From assembly GCA_963772725.1 (NCBI GenBank), contig CAVYYI010000001.1:576001-640000 (forward strand): a DNA stretch of 64,000 bases, in the 5' to 3' direction. The number at the start of each line of letters is the position of its first letter. Positions within the stretch are counted from its first letter, which is position 1. This document shows positions 61,803 to 64,000 of the stretch, in pieces. The stretch is from an uncultured Phycisphaerales bacterium (GTDB taxonomy: Bacteria > Planctomycetota > Phycisphaerae > Sedimentisphaerales > Anaerobacaceae). The notes under the pieces were generated by a model that saw only the letters and a list, made by a program, of their open reading frames with translations, was not told the origin of the DNA and did no database searches. Made by a program: the position numbers and the translations under genes.

Positions 61803-62903
61803 ATGGGAGTAACATTAGTCAAAAAGATGGCCACCGGAGATTTCTACGTCCGGATTCATAGTGGGGGACAGCGCACCAGCCGAAAGATAGGCAATGTCGA
61901 TTCACGCACAGCCAGAAAAGTTGCAGCGGAGTGGCGAAAGAAACTGGCGATGGGATTGATAGACTTCACGAACGGCAGACAAACCGGCATACCGCTTTTC
62001 GGTCAGTACACAACCGAATATATCAACGACTACGCTAAAAAGACTCTGAAATACAACACGTGGACAAGCTACCAGAAGTTAATTAAGCTGCACATGCTGC
62101 CTGTTTGGAAAAATAGACGCCTCGATTCCTTCACAAAAATAGACGTGCGCAAACTGCTGCTCGAAAAACAGAATGACGGCCTTGTTATTAACAACCTGCG
62201 AATTTGCATATCGGCTATTTTTCAGCACGCTGTTGAAAGTGAGATTTTGCAGACGAACCCTGCCAGAGCTTTAGGCAGGGCTTTTCGCAACGGAGTCTCG
62301 AAAACTCATGTTCAATTTTTGTCTAAAGACCAAGTCTCTGCTTTTCTGGAGGTAGTTCAGAAAGGCGCACCGGAGTTTTACGACTTTTGTTTGTGTGCTT
62401 TTCGTACCGGTATGCGGCTTGGTGAACTTTTGGGGTTGGCTTGGGATTGTGTCGATTTCAACGCAAAGCAAATAGTAGTCCGCAGAAACTTTTCGCACAA
62501 ACACTGGGATACACCGAAGTCCCACAAAGTTCGGCACGTTGATATGAGCAATCAACTGTCTGCTGTTCTCCGGGAGAGGTTCCAGAAGCGAAATAAGGAT
62601 TTGCAGTGCCGGTCGTTTGAGACGGAGAAAATATACTTAGTGTTTCCTAACCAAAACGGAGAGCCGTTGAACCCGGACAGATTCAGGGTCGAGATTTTTC
62701 AGCCGTTGCTGACAAAAGCTAAGCTGCCGAAAATAAGATTGCACGATATGAGGCACACTTACGCAAGTTTACTCTTGCAAGCAGGTGCCCCGATACATTA
62801 TGTTAAAGAGCAGCTTGGACATAGTTCGATTGCGACTACGGTAGATTTGTACGGACATTGCCAAGCTGGAGCAAATAGAAGCGTGCTTGACAGTCTCGAT
62901 TAA
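61803..62903 (+). CDS. Phage/island-type tyrosine integrase
   Basis: AAGGAG RBS; N-terminal arm-binding-like region, TGMRLGE, TPKS, HDMRHTYAS, QLGHSS, DLYGH. Confidence 0.93.
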   Translation: MGVTLVKKMATGDFYVRIHSGGQRTSRKIGNVDSRTARKVAAEWRKKLAMGLIDFTNGRQTGIPLFGQYTTEYINDYAKKTLKYNTWTSYQKLIKLHMLPVWKNRRLDSFTKIDVRKLLLEKQNDGLVINNLRICISAIFQHAVESEILQTNPARALGRAFRNGVSKTHVQFLSKDQVSAFLEVVQKGAPEFYDFCLCAFRTGMRLGELLGLAWDCVDFNAKQIVVRRNFSHKHWDTPKSHKVRHVDMSNQLSAVLRERFQKRNKDLQCRSFETEKIYLVFPNQNGEPLNPDRFRVEIFQPLLTKAKLPKIRLHDMRHTYASLLLQAGAPIHYVKEQLGHSSIATTVDLYGHCQAGANRSVLDSLD

Positions 62904-62921
62904 AATAGGAAGGAATAAGGA

Positions 62922-63098
62922 ATGGCAGCGAATGTCTGGCAGGAATTAAAACGAAAGTTTGAATCTCTACTCAAACACTGCGAAAGTGCAAACTACGAGA
63001 TAGACTGTTCACTTATACGACCTACCTGTCAAAAAGCAGGTAAAGCTTTTTTCGAAATGCTGTCTGGCGGTAAAAAACTGTTCGACCTTGTATGTTGA
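62922..63098 (+). CDS. Short hypothetical ORF (58 aa), probably truncated by the IS110 insertion
   Basis: AAGGA RBS, MAANVWQELKRKF...; stop falls inside the TTGACA of the IS110 leader. Confidence 0.4.
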   Translation: MAANVWQELKRKFESLLKHCESANYEIDCSLIRPTCQKAGKAFFEMLSGGKKLFDLVC

Positions 63099-63123
63099 CA
63101 AAAGTCATGGTTGATAATAGTCT
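63095..63123 (+). promoter_or_regulatory. Sigma70-type promoter in the IS110 left end
   Basis: TTGACA (63095-63100) N17 TAGTCT (63118-63123). Confidence 0.65.
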
Positions 63124-63129
63124 CATAGG

Positions 63130-63305
63130 TAAAGTTTGTGCTTGCGAGGGGAGCGTAGCGAGCCGAGCAAGCACAAACAGGCGACGAGAGTTCGATTGCG
63201 ACCGGGTCCTTGAGGCCGTCGCTGAGCTGGAACCTCGCCGCCGCCGTGGGACTAGCCCGAACAGCCGTTTGAACCGCCGCCGCCCCACACGTATGGCGAG
63301 TTCGC
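63130..63305 (+). ncRNA. Candidate IS110 bridge RNA
   Basis: 5' 12-bp hairpin (63134-45/63167-78), then two stems with large internal loops (63180-63223; 63230-63303), directly upstream of the recombinase. Confidence 0.65.
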
Positions 63306-63328
63306 ATTTGCAAGTATGGGAGAAAACC

Positions 63329-64000
63329 ATGTCCGAAAAAGTTTATGTCGGTATCGATGTCGCAAAAGACACATTCCATCTGGCCGCAACTCCAAACATC
63401 CTTAAAACCTGCCTGCCAAACACACCTGAGGGCCATTGTCAACTCTGTCAACTTCTTAAAAGAGCACACAATATCGCTTATTGTTCTCGAAGCCACTGGC
63501 GGCTACGAACGGCCAATCGTAGCAGAACTGCTGGCTGCATCGCTGCCTGTTGTCGTTGTCAATCCACGTCAGGTGCGTGACTTTGCCAACGGTATGGGAC
63601 AATACGCAAAAACAGACCTTATCGATGCGCAGATATTGGCGCAGTTTGCAAAGGTCGTGCAACCTGTTCCTAAAACGCATTCCAGACCGCAGAATGCTGA
63701 ACTAGCAGAACTTGTCAGACGTCGCCATCAGCTCTGCGACCTGCGAACCCAGGAATCCAATCGTCAGGCAACAATAATGCATCCGAAAGTCAGAAAAAGT
63801 ATCGCCAAAATGATTAAAACCCTCGATTTCCAGATTAACGAAATTGATAAACTCATCCGTGAATACATTGAAGCTGATGACGATTTCAAAAACAAAGATC
63901 GTATAATTCAAAGTACTGCAGGCGTAGGTCCACAAACCTCTGCCATGCTCATCGCGAACCTACCGGAACTTGGAAAACTTAACCGGCAGGAAATCGCAGC
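63329..64000 (+). CDS. IS110-family DEDD recombinase/transposase (frameshift near 63460; runs off window)
   Basis: VGIDVAK, VLEATGGYE, VNPRQVRDFA, KTDLIDA, STAGVGPQT. Confidence 0.92.

Noticed and set aside
63066..63071. GGCGGT complementary to ACCGCC in the second loop of the IS110 leader as the donor junction
   Set aside because: Only 6 nt in GC-rich sequence with no matching left guide; kept only as an alternative to the 63087 junction
63029..63496. Minus-strand ORFs and the N-terminal extension 63092-63328 over the IS110 leader
   Set aside because: Arg/Ala-rich readings of a structured GC-rich non-coding region; the recombinase start with GGAG RBS is at 63329

Overview
64-kb bacterial chromosomal window, most likely Planctomycetota (Phycisphaerae/Sedimentisphaerales-like, inferred from dockerin-like DxNxDGxVDFxDF repeats, DPN-rich exported proteins and gene content). 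Housekeeping genes include lexA, glmM, serA, pdxJ, dapA, BamD/LptE-like, ftsH, dsbD, nth, leuS, kdsA and xerC. A 13-kb minus-strand type IV pilus/T2SS-like operon carries pilB, pilC, six prepilin-like genes, a dockerin-like protein and a 1026-aa PilX/GspK-like protein. Also present: a TetR-regulated TolC/MFP/MacB efflux operon, tRNA-Arg(CCG), a truncated tRNA-Ser 5' half abutting a tyrosine integrase (island left end), a complete 1528-bp DDE IS with an 8-bp TSD, an IS110 recombinase preceded by a bridge-RNA-like structured leader, and an IS1111-like left-end remnant. The most unusual signal is a set of short-period (7-10 nt) degenerate repeat arrays. They sit, stacked and nested, in almost every gene junction of the pilin operon, occur in-frame in a prepilin leader, and bracket a four-helix-bundle (IVS-type) gene as inverted arrays. 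Many essential genes carry single-base frameshifts (leuS has many), which most likely reflects long-read indel errors. All family assignments come from motif recognition; no database search was run.
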